This document shows positions 9,480 to 20,002 of a stretch of DNA of 64,000 bases, in pieces. A program made the position numbers and the translations under genes. Location of the stretch: positions 352,001 through 416,000 of the forward strand of contig CAVUKB010000005.1 in the NCBI GenBank assembly GCA_963741955.1, given 5' to 3'. The notes beneath the pieces were generated by a model. That model made no database searches and was not told the origin of the DNA. It saw only the letters and a list, made by a program, of their open reading frames with translations. This stretch comes from an uncultured Acidobacteriota bacterium. GTDB taxonomy: Bacteria; Acidobacteriota; Thermoanaerobaculia; Gp7-AA8. The stretch's first letter is position 1; every line of letters starts with the position of its first letter.

Positions 9480-10283
9480 TTACTTCTTGGCACTCCGCGC
9501 TTTCGCCATCGCGATGGCTTTCGCACGGACCTCGTCCGCCTGCTTGATCAGATCCTGCTGCTTCATCGGATCCGTCTCGACCTGGGCCTGTTGACGCAGC
9601 ATGAGGTTCAAATAGACGAGCGCCTCGAAATATTGCGGTTTGAGCTTGAGAGCCTGGTTCAGCGCACCAAGCCCCTCATCGATGATCTGCGCTTTTTCGG
9701 TCTGGTCGGCCGGGGGGTCCTTGGCGACCTTCTCGTACAAGACGACGCCGTACGTGTAGAACGCCTCCGGATTGTTGGAATCCAGAAGGGTGATCTTCTT
9801 GTACCAGTTCATCGACTCCTTGAAGTCGCCCGTCTTCGCGTAGAGGTTCGCGATGGAGCGAACGGTGTCGATATCCGCCGGGTGCGATGCGAGATATTCC
9901 TTGAAGTAGTCGATCGCCTGCTGGGTGCGATCGGCATTCAGGTAGAGGTTGATCAGCGCTTCGCGCGCCGTGGTGTCGTCGGGCCGCTTCTTCACGTAGC
10001 GCTTGAGCGCCTCGATTCCGCGATCCGCGTATCCCGCATTCTGCGCCGATTCCTCACCCGGCTTGAAAAGCCCGATGTACGAATAGCCGATCAGCCGGTC
10101 GAGATCGGCGAAGCTGGGATCGATCTGCCGGGCTGCCTCGTAATGCTTCAGAGCGTCCGCGTACTGCTCTTTTCCGTAGAACTCGTTCGCCTGACGGATC
10201 TCCACGCGGGCTCGGACGCCGTTGCAGCCCATCAATGAGATGGAAAGAATCAGTGCCGCGAGAAGGCACAATTTCTGCTTCAT
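9480..10283 (-). CDS. TPR-repeat lipoprotein
   Basis: Lipobox-like LMGC; TPR-like helical repeats. Confidence 0.8.
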   Translation of the reverse strand: MKQKLCLLAALILSISLMGCNGVRARVEIRQANEFYGKEQYADALKHYEAARQIDPSFADLDRLIGYSYIGLFKPGEESAQNAGYADRGIEALKRYVKKRPDDTTAREALINLYLNADRTQQAIDYFKEYLASHPADIDTVRSIANLYAKTGDFKESMNWYKKITLLDSNNPEAFYTYGVVLYEKVAKDPPADQTEKAQIIDEGLGALNQALKLKPQYFEALVYLNLMLRQQAQVETDPMKQQDLIKQADEVRAKAIAMAKARSAKK

Positions 10284-10361
10284 CAAGTCTCTGACTCCAT
10301 GATTTTCGAATCGTTCTGAATCCGGCAGCAAGCGCGGAATCGGCCCGACAACCGGCCAGCG

Positions 10362-10390
10362 AGTATAGATTTCGACTCCGGGACCGTCAA
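10362..10390 (-). promoter_or_regulatory. Sigma70-type promoter of the TPR-tonB-exbB-exbD-exbD operon
   Basis: TTGACG-17 nt-TATACT on the minus strand. Confidence 0.75.
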
Positions 10391-10631
10391 GAAGATCGAG
10401 TGTCTTTTCGGGAACAGTTGCGTCTGCCGGCGAGACGTTCGAACGCTCGGTGGTCTGGATGTCTGATCCGGTTTGCTTTTCCTGGAGCGTGCACCGGTCA
10501 AAACGTGCACCCCAGCTGCCTTATTCTGAACCCTCTCTGGTTGCCTGTTCGCGATCTGCACGAGCTCAGGACTGTTCGATCGAAGGACCGGGTGTTCGTC
10601 GAATCATCGCACGAAACCGGTCCGAACCACA

Positions 10632-11834
10632 TCACACCAGCTCGAGAATGTGCCCGAGCTTGTTCTTCTTCGTTTCCAGATACCGTCGCGTGTGTGCAGA
10701 CGGCGCGATCTCGAGAGGGATCCGTTCCACGATCTCCAGACCGAATCCTTCGATTGCGACGTACTTCGAGGGGTTGTTGGTCATCAGGCGGATCCGCCGG
10801 ACTCCGAGATCTCTCAGGATCTGGCAGCCGGTTCCGTAATCTCGGATGTCGGGCGCGAAGCCGAGCTTTCGATTTGCTTCGATCGTATCGTCTCCCTCGT
10901 CCTGGAGCTCGTACGCGCGAAGCTTGTTGACCATCCCGATGCCCCTTCCTTCCTGAAGAAGGTAGAGCACGATTCCTTTCTTCTCCTGGGAGATCAGCTC
11001 GAATGCCCGATGCAGCTGATCACCACAGTCGCACCGGCTCGACTGGAGCACGTCGCCGGTGAGGCAGGAGGAGTGGACCCGGACCAGGATGTCATCATCT
11101 TCCCGGATCTCACCCATCACGATGGCCAGATGCTCTTCTCCCGTCACGTCGCTCCGGTACGCGTGAACCCGGAACTCTCCGTACGGAGTGGGAAGCTTCG
11201 GCGCGGCGATGCACTGAACATGGTGCTCGTGACGCATTCGGTAGCGGATCAACTCCGCGACCGAGAGGATCTTCAGATCGTGGTCCTTCGCGAACTTCTC
11301 CAGATCGGGAAGGCGGCCCATCGAACCGTCTTCGTTCATGATCTCGCAGATCGCGGCTCCGGGAGCGAGACCTGCGATGGTCGCGAGATCCACCGAAGCT
11401 TCGGTGTGTCCCGCGCGCTTGAGAACTCCACCTCTTTTCGCTCGCAGCGGAAAGATGTGGCCGGGCTTCACCAGATCGCCGGGACGGGTCCGCGGGTCGA
11501 TTGCCACGCGGACCGTCTCGGCACGATCTTTAGCCGAGATTCCAGTCGTCACCTTCACCCGCGCCCCGATCGAGACGCAGAAGGCCGTACCGTATTTCGA
11601 AGTGTTGTTCTCGACCATCAGCGGAAGCTGCAGCTCATCACAACGTTCCTCCGTCATGGCGAGACAGATCAGTCCCCGTCCGTTCTTCGCCATGAAGTTG
11701 ATCGCTTCGGGCGTCACCTTCTCGGCGGCGATGCAGAGGTCTCCCTCGTTCTCGCGGTCTTCGTCGTCGACGATGACGACGAACTCACCTCTTCGAAAAC
11801 TCTCGGCAGCTTCTTCTACGGTGCAGAAAGGCAT
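10632..11834 (-). CDS. ribBA: Bifunctional DHBP synthase / GTP cyclohydrolase II
   Basis: [45 protein letters not shown]. Confidence 0.96.
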   Translation of the reverse strand: MPFCTVEEAAESFRRGEFVVIVDDEDRENEGDLCIAAEKVTPEAINFMAKNGRGLICLAMTEERCDELQLPLMVENNTSKYGTAFCVSIGARVKVTTGISAKDRAETVRVAIDPRTRPGDLVKPGHIFPLRAKRGGVLKRAGHTEASVDLATIAGLAPGAAICEIMNEDGSMGRLPDLEKFAKDHDLKILSVAELIRYRMRHEHHVQCIAAPKLPTPYGEFRVHAYRSDVTGEEHLAIVMGEIREDDDILVRVHSSCLTGDVLQSSRCDCGDQLHRAFELISQEKKGIVLYLLQEGRGIGMVNKLRAYELQDEGDDTIEANRKLGFAPDIRDYGTGCQILRDLGVRRIRLMTNNPSKYVAIEGFGLEIVERIPLEIAPSAHTRRYLETKKNKLGHILELV

Positions 11835-11838
11835 CAGA

Positions 11839-13359
11839 CTACTTCTCTCCCACGACCTTGAAGTCGCGTGACAGGGTGTAGGACTGCTTGGTGACCGAAT
11901 CGATCAGCTTCACGTTCATGGTGTATGTTCCGGGCTGGAATGTCCCCGGAGGAATCGAGCTTCCGACCCCGTAATGTGCGGCCACGCCCTTGAGCGGCTG
12001 CGCAGGAGCATCCATCAGCGGAGCTCCCCGCTTCACCTTCTTCTTGTCGGCAGTGGTCCCCTCGACGTCGAGCTTGACCTGCATGTGGGGCGCGCCCGCG
12101 TCGTCGAGTCCGGGATTCCGCACCTCGAAGAAATACCAGATCTCGTCCGTCGGCTTGAAAACTCCACTGCCGTTCGGAACCACCTTGATACCGCCGTACG
12201 CGAACGGATCCTTCGGTTGCTGTGCTTCGGTCAGCGGATAGATCGTGTTCGAGAGCAGAAGCGACGAGACTGACTCCGCCCCCTTGTCGAGCGGCTCGAC
12301 CTTCATCTCGTTCGAGGCGAGCGCCACGACTTTTCCATCCTGCGCGACGCCGAATTTCCCGACGTATTCTCCCGGCTGGAGCTCGATCGACTTCTCCACG
12401 AAGTGATCGCTCCCCGCCGTCGATACTTTCGCCTGGTCCTCGAACGCGAGAGCCGGAGTCCCCTCCTTCGACTGAATCACGCCGAAGAACGTGGCCGGCT
12501 TCGTCGGGTCGAGAGCGACGATTCCGTTCAGATACAGCTGAACGGGCTCGAACATCTCGCCGGCTTCCGTGATCCCCTGGTCGGCGCTCACGTAGGCGCC
12601 CGGGGTCGGGGCCGAGTACTGATCGATCGCGGCCTTCAGCTCGGGCGTCTTCAACTCCGTCACCACGACCGGAGCCGCCGGCGCAGCGGGCTGCTGCGGT
12701 GCCGCAGCCTGGTACGTCGGAACCTTGGTCATGTCCGGCGAAACGATGTAGTGTTCCGCGGCCTTTGCAAGAACCATATTCACATTCGTCTTCGGCGAAT
12801 GGCCGAGCCGGTACTCACCGCTTCCGTACTGATCGACGAAGGCGATCTCCATCTCCGGGACACCGGCCCAGGAAGGCGTGTCCTTGCTTTCGTAGATCCA
12901 CGTCTCGGTCGGAACGTTCGAATCCTTCAGCGCTCCGGTCGCGGCATCCGTGGTGAATCCTTCCTGAATGTTTGGGGTGGTCGGTCCGCCGATTCGGCGC
13001 AGCCTGGTGGGAGGTCCGAGCAGGATGTAGACCTTGCCTCGGTCGGTGAGCGCCCCGGGGATCTGGCCGTACGTGAAGTTCTTGTTCGCGACTTCGACCT
13101 TCTGGTCGAACTCGTTCTTGAACTCGTTGACTGGGGTCTGCGGCGTCGGATCGCGACGCGCCCAGAAAAGATCGATGAATTTCTGAGCATCCTCATCCGA
13201 TCTGATCGACTTCCACTGCTTCTGCTCGGCCTTCGTCATCAGCTGCTTCGCCGGCCCCTTGCCCCAATCCGTGTACTTCTCCGAAAGGGAGGCGGCGTAA
13301 GCACCACCGATGCCGACCGACACCAGCAGCACTGCGGCGAGCATCTTTTTGACATCCAT
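11839..13359 (-). CDS. GWxTD-domain exported protein
   Basis: Signal peptide; FWARRDPTP...NEF...[16 protein letters not shown]. Confidence 0.88.
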   Translation of the reverse strand: MDVKKMLAAVLLVSVGIGGAYAASLSEKYTDWGKGPAKQLMTKAEQKQWKSIRSDEDAQKFIDLFWARRDPTPQTPVNEFKNEFDQKVEVANKNFTYGQIPGALTDRGKVYILLGPPTRLRRIGGPTTPNIQEGFTTDAATGALKDSNVPTETWIYESKDTPSWAGVPEMEIAFVDQYGSGEYRLGHSPKTNVNMVLAKAAEHYIVSPDMTKVPTYQAAAPQQPAAPAAPVVVTELKTPELKAAIDQYSAPTPGAYVSADQGITEAGEMFEPVQLYLNGIVALDPTKPATFFGVIQSKEGTPALAFEDQAKVSTAGSDHFVEKSIELQPGEYVGKFGVAQDGKVVALASNEMKVEPLDKGAESVSSLLLSNTIYPLTEAQQPKDPFAYGGIKVVPNGSGVFKPTDEIWYFFEVRNPGLDDAGAPHMQVKLDVEGTTADKKKVKRGAPLMDAPAQPLKGVAAHYGVGSSIPPGTFQPGTYTMNVKLIDSVTKQSYTLSRDFKVVGEK

Positions 13360-13415
13360 GTTAAGTGTTTCCTCCGTTGGTAGATTCGTGATTTCGAAAC
13401 ACCGCAGGCGCGGCG

Positions 13416-13619
13416 CTATTCCCCGTCCTCATCCTCGTCCGCCTCGCGCTCGAGCTCCTGATAAAGCTTCTCCATCTCCTGGTCGAGCTCTCCCTGCGCG
13501 ATGATTCCCTTGCGAAGCAGAATATTCACAACTGCATGCAGAAGCAGACCGTTATCGACGATCATCTGCTCGATCTGTTCTTCGTAATCCTCCGAATCGA
13601 AGTCGTCAGTGTCGCCCAT
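13416..13619 (-). CDS. Small acidic hypothetical protein
   Basis: AAAGGAG RBS upstream; in line with the flanking genes. Confidence 0.7.
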   Translation of the reverse strand: MGDTDDFDSEDYEEQIEQMIVDNGLLLHAVVNILLRKGIIAQGELDQEMEKLYQELEREADEDEDGE

Positions 13620-13715
13620 GCGATTTCTCCTTTCGGCGTCCGCCGGTCTCTCCGACGGCGCTGTATATCACGGCAGGTCCGGGACGCTTGAGTTCATCCG
13701 TCACACATGTTCGCG

Positions 13716-15206
13716 TCACCCTCGTCCCCAGCTGCCGACGAGGTCCCACACCGAGGGTGATCCTTGCACTTCAGCATCCGCCGTTGCCCTCCGCCGACCT
13801 CCTCCCCCGAGCTCGGCCAGCAGCGTCGCGACGGCGGCCGCACGCTCCCCTCCTTCTCTTTGCAAACCTTCCTGATGCTCCGGGATGAAGGCCGTAGAAA
13901 CCTCTCCCGCCCGGAACGCGGGATGGGAAAGCACCCGGTGGAGAAAGGGGATATTAGTGGCCGTCCCGAGGATGATGTACTCCTCGAGGGCACGCACCAT
14001 CCGATCGATACACCGCTCTCGATCCTCCGCCCGGACGATCAGCTTCGCCAGAAGCGGATCGTACCGAACCGTGATCAGGCTTCCCGTCTCGACGCCGCTG
14101 TCGACCCGAATCCCCGGGCCGGCGGGCTCCTCGTAGCGTTCGATCGTACCGGCTTGAGGGAGAAATCCCCGATCGGGGTCCTCGGCGTAGATACGGCATT
14201 CGATCGCATGACCGCGCTGCTGCAGCTCGTCCTGAGTCCACGGGAGCGCGGCTCCCGCAGCCACTTCGAGCTGTGCCCGGACCAGATCGACTCCGACCAC
14301 CAGCTCGGTCACCGGGTGTTCCACCTGGAGGCGGGTGTTCATCTCGAGGAAGTAGAACTCGCGCTCCGGAGTGACGATGAATTCGACCGTTCCCGCATTT
14401 CGGTACCCCACCCCTCCCGCGGCGGCGATTGCCGCCTCGGCCATCTTCTGCCGGAGAGGTTCGGGGTAATGCGGCGCCGGAGACTCTTCGATGATCTTCT
14501 GATGGCGCCGCTGCACGGAGCAATCGCGCTCGAAGAGGTGGACGATGTTCCCCTCGGAATCCCCGAAGACCTGCATCTCCACGTGCCGGGGATGCTCGAC
14601 GTATCGCTCGAGCAGCAACCGCTCGTTTCCGAACGCCTTACCGGCCTCGCGCCGCGCCGACTCCAGGGCCGCCCGCAGTTCCGACTCCTCTCGGACGATC
14701 TTCATCCCTTTCCCGCCGCCGCCAGCCGAGGCCTTGACCAGGAGGGGGAACCCGATGCCGAGCGCTTCACGCGAAAGAGTCTCGTCCGACTGATCCGTGC
14801 CGTGGTAGCCCGGGACGACGGGAACTCCGATCTTCTCCATCAGAGCACGTGAGTCGGATTTCGAACCCATCAACTCGATCGCCTCTGCGGGGGGTCCGAC
14901 GAAGACGATCCCTTGGTCCGCGCATGCGGCGGCGAGCTCGGCCCGCTCGGAAAGGAACCCGTATCCGGGATGGAGAGCATCCGCTCCGGAGCGGCGGCAC
15001 GCGTCGATCACTTTGCCGACGTCGAGGTAGGTCTCGCGAGCTTCGCCCTCTCCCAGATCGACAGCCTGGTCGAAGTTGCGGACCGCCAGGGTCGCTGCGT
15101 CCGCCGACGAATGCGCGATGACGGTGACGATGCCCATCTCACGGCACGTCCTCGCGATGCGGATCGCGATCTCGCCACGGTTCGGGACCAGGAGTTTTCG
15201 AATCAC
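13716..15206 (-). CDS. Biotin carboxylase subunit (methylcrotonyl-CoA carboxylase alpha-like, no biotin-carrier domain)
   Basis: NRGEIA, HPGYGFLSE, GGGGKGM, RDCSVQRRHQK, EMNTRLQVEHPVTE; GTG overlaps the upstream stop. Confidence 0.9.
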   Translation of the reverse strand: MIRKLLVPNRGEIAIRIARTCREMGIVTVIAHSSADAATLAVRNFDQAVDLGEGEARETYLDVGKVIDACRRSGADALHPGYGFLSERAELAAACADQGIVFVGPPAEAIELMGSKSDSRALMEKIGVPVVPGYHGTDQSDETLSREALGIGFPLLVKASAGGGGKGMKIVREESELRAALESARREAGKAFGNERLLLERYVEHPRHVEMQVFGDSEGNIVHLFERDCSVQRRHQKIIEESPAPHYPEPLRQKMAEAAIAAAGGVGYRNAGTVEFIVTPEREFYFLEMNTRLQVEHPVTELVVGVDLVRAQLEVAAGAALPWTQDELQQRGHAIECRIYAEDPDRGFLPQAGTIERYEEPAGPGIRVDSGVETGSLITVRYDPLLAKLIVRAEDRERCIDRMVRALEEYIILGTATNIPFLHRVLSHPAFRAGEVSTAFIPEHQEGLQREGGERAAAVATLLAELGGGGRRRATADAEVQGSPSVWDLVGSWGRG

Positions 15207-15991
15207 CGCGGCACCCACGGCGCCTTCTTCTTTTCGAGAAACGCGGTCATCCCTTCCTGGCCTTCGGGCGAGGTGCGCCGCTCCGAGATCGCTTCGATCG
15301 TGTAGGGGAGCAGATGGGCCGTGTCGAGAGTCTCGACTCTCGAGATCAGTTTCTTGCAGGCCCGAACCGCTTCCGGCCCCGACGAGAGAAGCTGATCGAC
15401 GGTTTCCTCGACTGCGGAGTCGATCTCCTCGGGCGTGACGACGCGGTGAACCAGACCGATGCGAAGGGCCCGATCCGCATCGAAACGCTCTCCGGTGAGA
15501 AAGAGTGCACGTGCGTGGCCGGGACCGATTTTCCGAATGACATAGGGAGAGATCACCGCCGGAAGTATTCCGAGCTTCACCTCGGAAAGACCAAACCTCG
15601 CAACCTCGCTCGCGATTGCGATATCGCAGACCGAGACCAGGCCCACTCCCCCGCCGATCGCCGCGCCCTGAATCCGGCCGACCAGCGGAATCGGGCATTC
15701 ATCGATCACCGCGAACATCTTCGCGAGAGCGGCGGAGTCCCGGATGTTCTCCTCCCGTGAGTATCGGACCATACGGGACATCCAGTTGAGGTCCGCACCG
15801 GCGCAGAAGCTTTTCCCTTCGCCGGTCAGCACGACCGCGCGAAGGTCGTCGCGACGTTCGATCTCTTCGAAAAGCCGCGTCGCCTCGGCGATCAGATCAT
15901 CATTGAAGGCGTTGTGGACTTCGGGTCGGGCGAGCGTCACGAACAGTACGGCATCGCGCTCTTCGATCCGGATCGTGGTGTAGTCGGACAT
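15203..15991 (-). CDS. Enoyl-CoA hydratase (methylglutaconyl-CoA hydratase-like)
   Basis: FCAGADLNWM, GGGVGL, LSEVKLGILPAVISPY; adjacent to the carboxylase. Confidence 0.88.
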   Translation of the reverse strand: MSDYTTIRIEERDAVLFVTLARPEVHNAFNDDLIAEATRLFEEIERRDDLRAVVLTGEGKSFCAGADLNWMSRMVRYSREENIRDSAALAKMFAVIDECPIPLVGRIQGAAIGGGVGLVSVCDIAIASEVARFGLSEVKLGILPAVISPYVIRKIGPGHARALFLTGERFDADRALRIGLVHRVVTPEEIDSAVEETVDQLLSSGPEAVRACKKLISRVETLDTAHLLPYTIEAISERRTSPEGQEGMTAFLEKKKAPWVPR

Positions 15992-16094
15992 CGATTCAGA
16001 CTGTTCTTTCCGGTTGGAATTCGCCCCCGGCAGGCGCGTGGAGCACGTTCTGCGAAAAGGCCCGCAGAGTATAGCCGATCCCTCGCGGAGCGGC

Positions 16095-18089
16095 TCACCG
16101 CACGGCCGAAGATTCGTCTTCCGTTTCCCGAACGACACTCTCGCCTCTTGGAAGCTCCACGATGAATCGGCTCCCCTCCCCGTCTCGGGAATCGACATCG
16201 ATCCGTCCGCCGTGCATCCTCACGATCTCCCTGGTGATGTAGAGCCCGAGCCCGGTCCCCTTCACCTCATGACCACTGTCTTCGATCCGGTAGAAACGCT
16301 CGAAAATCAACGGGAGCTTTTCGGGAGGGATCCCATTGCCCTGATCCTTCACCGTCAGCCGGACGCTCGCTTCGTCGTAGTCGAGTGAGATGGTGACCGG
16401 CGTCTGCTCGGGCGAGTACTTCACCGCGTTCGACACGAGGTTCTCGACGATCTGAGCCAGCCGGGTCGAATCTCCGCGAATCATAGGGAAACGTTCGGAC
16501 GTCTCCAGCCGAATCACGCGTGACGACGTGGTCCGGTAGCGCTCCGCGATCTGAGACACGATCTCCGGCAGCTGAACCTCTTCGGCTTTAAAACTGAACT
16601 TCCCCGCCGCCATTTTCGAAGCGTCGAGGAGATCCTCCGCCAGGCGGAGAATCCTCCTCGCCTCGCTCCGGATCACGGCGAGCGAATCGGCGGCTTCCTC
16701 GGTGCGACCGTTCCGCACCGCGTCTTCTGCGATCTCAGAAAACCCCCGGATCGACGTCAGGGGGTTCTTGATCTCGTGAGTCACCAGGCCGAGGAATTCG
16801 TCGCGTTCCGCTCTCGCCTGCGCTTCACTCTCGAACAGCTGCGCGTTGCGGATCGCGATCGCAGCCTGCGCGGCGATGGTCTGGAGCACCTGCATCTGGT
16901 GACCACCGTAGGCATCCGGCTGGAAACTCTGAACCGAGATGGCCCCGATCACCTCGTCGCCCACCCGCATCGGCGCGACGACCATCGAGCGCGAGCGCCG
17001 GATCCCGCGCAGTTCGTCGTCGCCGAGAGTCGTGTCGCGCTCATCCCGCTCGTAATGCACCATCTCTCCGGTCTGAATGGCCCTCCCGGTCAGACCGGCG
17101 CCGAATGGTATGGAGCGCTGAGCGAGTTGGACACCCGCACCCGAGACGAACACCAGATTCAGTTTCTCTCGATCCTGATCGCGCGTCGCGATGAAAAACG
17201 AGTCCCACTTCAACACCTGGCGGCTCTCTTTCGCCAGGAGACTGAAGAGCGACGAGAGGTCGAGAGTGGAGGTGATCATGGTGCCGATCCGGTTGATGGC
17301 CCGCAGGTCGGCGTTTCCTTCGCGAAGCCGCACGTTCAGTTTGAGGATCATCGCCAGACCGGCGAGAAAAACGAAGACGAAAAGGGTCGAGAGGACCGTT
17401 CCCGCAGTCGGTGCCAGAAGGAGGATCACCACCGCGAAAGGCCAGGCCGTTCCCACGCTGATCGCCTGCCAGAGAGTGGCGGTCGGCCAGAGCCGCGTGC
17501 GAACTTCCTGAAATCCTCCCAGTGCGTATGCGGCTGCGGAGTCGAGGAAGGCGATCATTAGGAGGTAGACGAGGGCGAAGATCGCCATCGTCGAGACCGG
17601 CTCGAAGAGGATCGGAGATCGGAGAACCGGGATCGGCGAATCGGGCTGCACCAGGATCGCCGCGACAATGACCGCCACGATCGACTGGCCGGCCCTGAAG
17701 AATCCGTAAGTCGGCGTCTGGCGGCTCCTGCCGAGAAGACGAAGTCCGGCCCAGGCGATCAGCGAACCGGCGGCTTCCACCACTGCGGCCGCGATCCCGC
17801 CGGAGAGAACGAAGTAGAGGATCACGAAAACGGGAGCCGGCGAATAGTAAGATCCCGGCCTCAGACGGACCGAGAGGAAAATCTCCGAAACGGCGATCGC
17901 CGCGACGTAGAGCCACCATAGGGTGACGCTCTCCGGGGGCACCACGAGGAGGAGAGCGATGAGGAGGGCGAATCCGAACCCGGCCACACCCCACCTGATG
18001 TACACCGCGGTCAGAGGCATCTGGGACGTCTGAAGCTTGCGTCCCAACGCCGTCGAATCACCGAGTTGGAGCTCCTCACGTGCCGACAT
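16095..18089 (-). CDS. Membrane GAF-domain sensor histidine kinase
   Basis: N-terminal TM bundle, GAF, HEIKNPL, NAVKYS, DQGNGI, GTGLGL. Confidence 0.92.
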   Translation of the reverse strand: MSAREELQLGDSTALGRKLQTSQMPLTAVYIRWGVAGFGFALLIALLLVVPPESVTLWWLYVAAIAVSEIFLSVRLRPGSYYSPAPVFVILYFVLSGGIAAAVVEAAGSLIAWAGLRLLGRSRQTPTYGFFRAGQSIVAVIVAAILVQPDSPIPVLRSPILFEPVSTMAIFALVYLLMIAFLDSAAAYALGGFQEVRTRLWPTATLWQAISVGTAWPFAVVILLLAPTAGTVLSTLFVFVFLAGLAMILKLNVRLREGNADLRAINRIGTMITSTLDLSSLFSLLAKESRQVLKWDSFFIATRDQDREKLNLVFVSGAGVQLAQRSIPFGAGLTGRAIQTGEMVHYERDERDTTLGDDELRGIRRSRSMVVAPMRVGDEVIGAISVQSFQPDAYGGHQMQVLQTIAAQAAIAIRNAQLFESEAQARAERDEFLGLVTHEIKNPLTSIRGFSEIAEDAVRNGRTEEAADSLAVIRSEARRILRLAEDLLDASKMAAGKFSFKAEEVQLPEIVSQIAERYRTTSSRVIRLETSERFPMIRGDSTRLAQIVENLVSNAVKYSPEQTPVTISLDYDEASVRLTVKDQGNGIPPEKLPLIFERFYRIEDSGHEVKGTGLGLYITREIVRMHGGRIDVDSRDGEGSRFIVELPRGESVVRETEDESSAVR

Positions 18090-18213
18090 GAACGATCGTC
18101 CCCACCGACCTCCGGTCGTTCGAGTAGCAAGCAAACCCGAGGCCGCCTTTTCGCCGATCGGATCTGCTGCCGTCGCGTACGATGTTTATTAGGACGAACC
18201 AGGAAGCGAAAGG

Positions 18214-18299
18214 TGGTGCCCGAGGTGGGATTCGAACCCACACGACCTTGCGGCCGGCGGATTTTGAGTCCGCTGCGTCTGCCGTTCCGCCACTCGGGC
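18214..18299 (-). tRNA. tRNA-Leu(CAA)
   Basis: Acceptor GCCCGAG/CTCGGGC-ACCA, anticodon arm GCGGA-CTCAAAA-TCCGC, long variable arm, GGTTCGAATCC. Confidence 0.97.
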
Positions 18300-18322
18300 A
18301 CGGAGGCGAGAGTCTAGCAGGA

Positions 18323-19606
18323 TCATCCGGCAGAAGGGAGTCTCGATTCCGAATCGGACCCTTCCCCCTCCCTTTCGCGCCATTCCCTCGCAACTGCGTG
18401 AATCTCTTCGTCCGTCAAAACTCTCTTCGAAGCCTTCGCCTTCGCGAATACTTCCTGTGCGAGCGACCGCTCCTGCGGATATCCGTGCGCTTCGAGCCAG
18501 TAGACCACGTTCGAGAGGCCGCACATCGGACCGACCTCGATCACCTGCTCCAGTCCGAACATTCCGGCCGGCACCCCCGAGTAGACCCGATCGGCAAGCC
18601 ACTCACTCCCCTTTTCCCTCGCCTTGATGATCGCTGCCGCGTGCACGCCCGTCCCGGTCCTGAATGCGTCCCGTCCGAAAACCGGATACTGGTCCGGGAG
18701 CGGAACCCCGGTCACCTCGGAGACGAACTTCACGTAGGCCGGCAACTGCGTCAGATCGTTCTCGATCCAGCCGAAAAGCTTCAGATTCACCATCAGCAGA
18801 TCCATCGGCGTGTTCCCAACCCGCTCGCCGATGCCGAGAGCGCAACCGTGCACCCGGTCCGCCCCCGCCTCGAGCGCGGCGATCGAGTTGATCACCCCCA
18901 GTCCCCGATCCGAGTGTCCGTGCCAGTCGACCTTGACTCCGGGATTGATTCGATCGACGACGGCGCGGACGAATCGAACCACGTTCCTCGCGCCCCATGG
19001 TGTCGCGTGCCCCACCGTGTCCGCCACACAGACACGCTCCGCTCCCGCGTCGATCGCTGCCGAGTAGAGTCTCTCGATGTCCTCCGGCCGCGCACGAGTG
19101 GTGTCCTCAGTGACGTACATGACCGGGAGCCCTTCGGCAACCGCGAACTGCACCGCACGCGTCGATTGCCGGATCAGCCACTCCAGGTCCCATTCCTCCG
19201 CGAACTGGCGGATCGGCGACGAGCCGATGAACGCGTCGACCTCGATCGGAATCCCGACGCGCTGCGAGATCTCCGCGATCGGCCGAATGTCATTCTCATG
19301 AGTCCGGGCTGCACACGAAGGGCGGATCTCGAGATTCTGCTCGACGATCTCCCGCGCGATGCGCTCGACCGATCTCTGCACGTGCGGTCCCGCCCCCGGA
19401 AGCCCGATGTCGGCGTTGTCCACGCCGATCGCATCCATGAAGTGAAGGATACGCAACTTCGCCTCGAGTGGGGGGTCCTGCACTGAAGGCGACTGGAGGC
19501 CATCCCTGAGCGTCTCGTCGTCGAATTCGATCCGCCGCCCGGGCCGGCGCGGCTGATCGTCTCCGACGTTCCAGTCGTGGATCAGCTCCTCGAGCTTCTC
19601 GTTCAT
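18323..19606 (-). CDS. LeuA-like DRE-TIM synthase (isopropylmalate/homocitrate synthase family) without a regulatory domain
   Basis: DETLRDGLQ, HGHSDRG, GIGERVGN, GVH. Confidence 0.85.
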   Translation of the reverse strand: MNEKLEELIHDWNVGDDQPRRPGRRIEFDDETLRDGLQSPSVQDPPLEAKLRILHFMDAIGVDNADIGLPGAGPHVQRSVERIAREIVEQNLEIRPSCAARTHENDIRPIAEISQRVGIPIEVDAFIGSSPIRQFAEEWDLEWLIRQSTRAVQFAVAEGLPVMYVTEDTTRARPEDIERLYSAAIDAGAERVCVADTVGHATPWGARNVVRFVRAVVDRINPGVKVDWHGHSDRGLGVINSIAALEAGADRVHGCALGIGERVGNTPMDLLMVNLKLFGWIENDLTQLPAYVKFVSEVTGVPLPDQYPVFGRDAFRTGTGVHAAAIIKAREKGSEWLADRVYSGVPAGMFGLEQVIEVGPMCGLSNVVYWLEAHGYPQERSLAQEVFAKAKASKRVLTDEEIHAVAREWREREGEGSDSESRLPSAG

Positions 19607-19709
19607 CGCTGCCTCCGTTGCCCCGAAAATCCCGCCGGCGGCGGATGAATCCCGCGGCCCTGCACCTGCGCAGATTTTCCCGGAACATTTGATTCTAACA
19701 GGCCATCAC

Positions 19710-19754
19710 GACTCTGCGAGACAGAAACAGGCTCGCTGCGAAAGAAGATCAGCG
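19710..19754 (+). repeat. Degenerate MITE A fragment
   Basis: 35/45 ungapped match to 5985-6029. Confidence 0.6.
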
Positions 19755-19961
19755 AGGCCGGATTCGTTGCGCCGGAGTCCCAGCTGGAACGGCGGAAGCC
19801 GCGGCGCGCTGCCGGCAGAAACAGGAGAGTCGCCGGAAAGCAGATGATGGCTTCCTGTCATGGTGGCTCATCCGCGGTCCCAATCGGTCGGGAGTCTCGG
19901 CGAGCCGTCAACGCCACGGCCGAGCACGAAGAGCGGAAGGTGGAGACAGCCAGGGGCGATC

Positions 19962-19991
19962 CGGGTGCGCCGGGACGTGCCGGCGCACCCG
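19962..19991. terminator. GC hairpin downstream of the crt-like gene
   Basis: CGGGTGCGCCGG-6 nt-CCGGCGCACCCG; no U tract. Confidence 0.5.
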
Positions 19992-20002
19992 ATCTCCCGT
20001 GA

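Noticed and set aside
13716-15206. Biotin carboxylase as a pseudogene because it lacks the BCCP domain
   Set aside because: The catalytic motifs are intact and split BC/BCCP architectures are common
18090-18299. tRNA-Leu as an integration site for an island
   Set aside because: No integrase and no duplicated tRNA 3' end seen in the window
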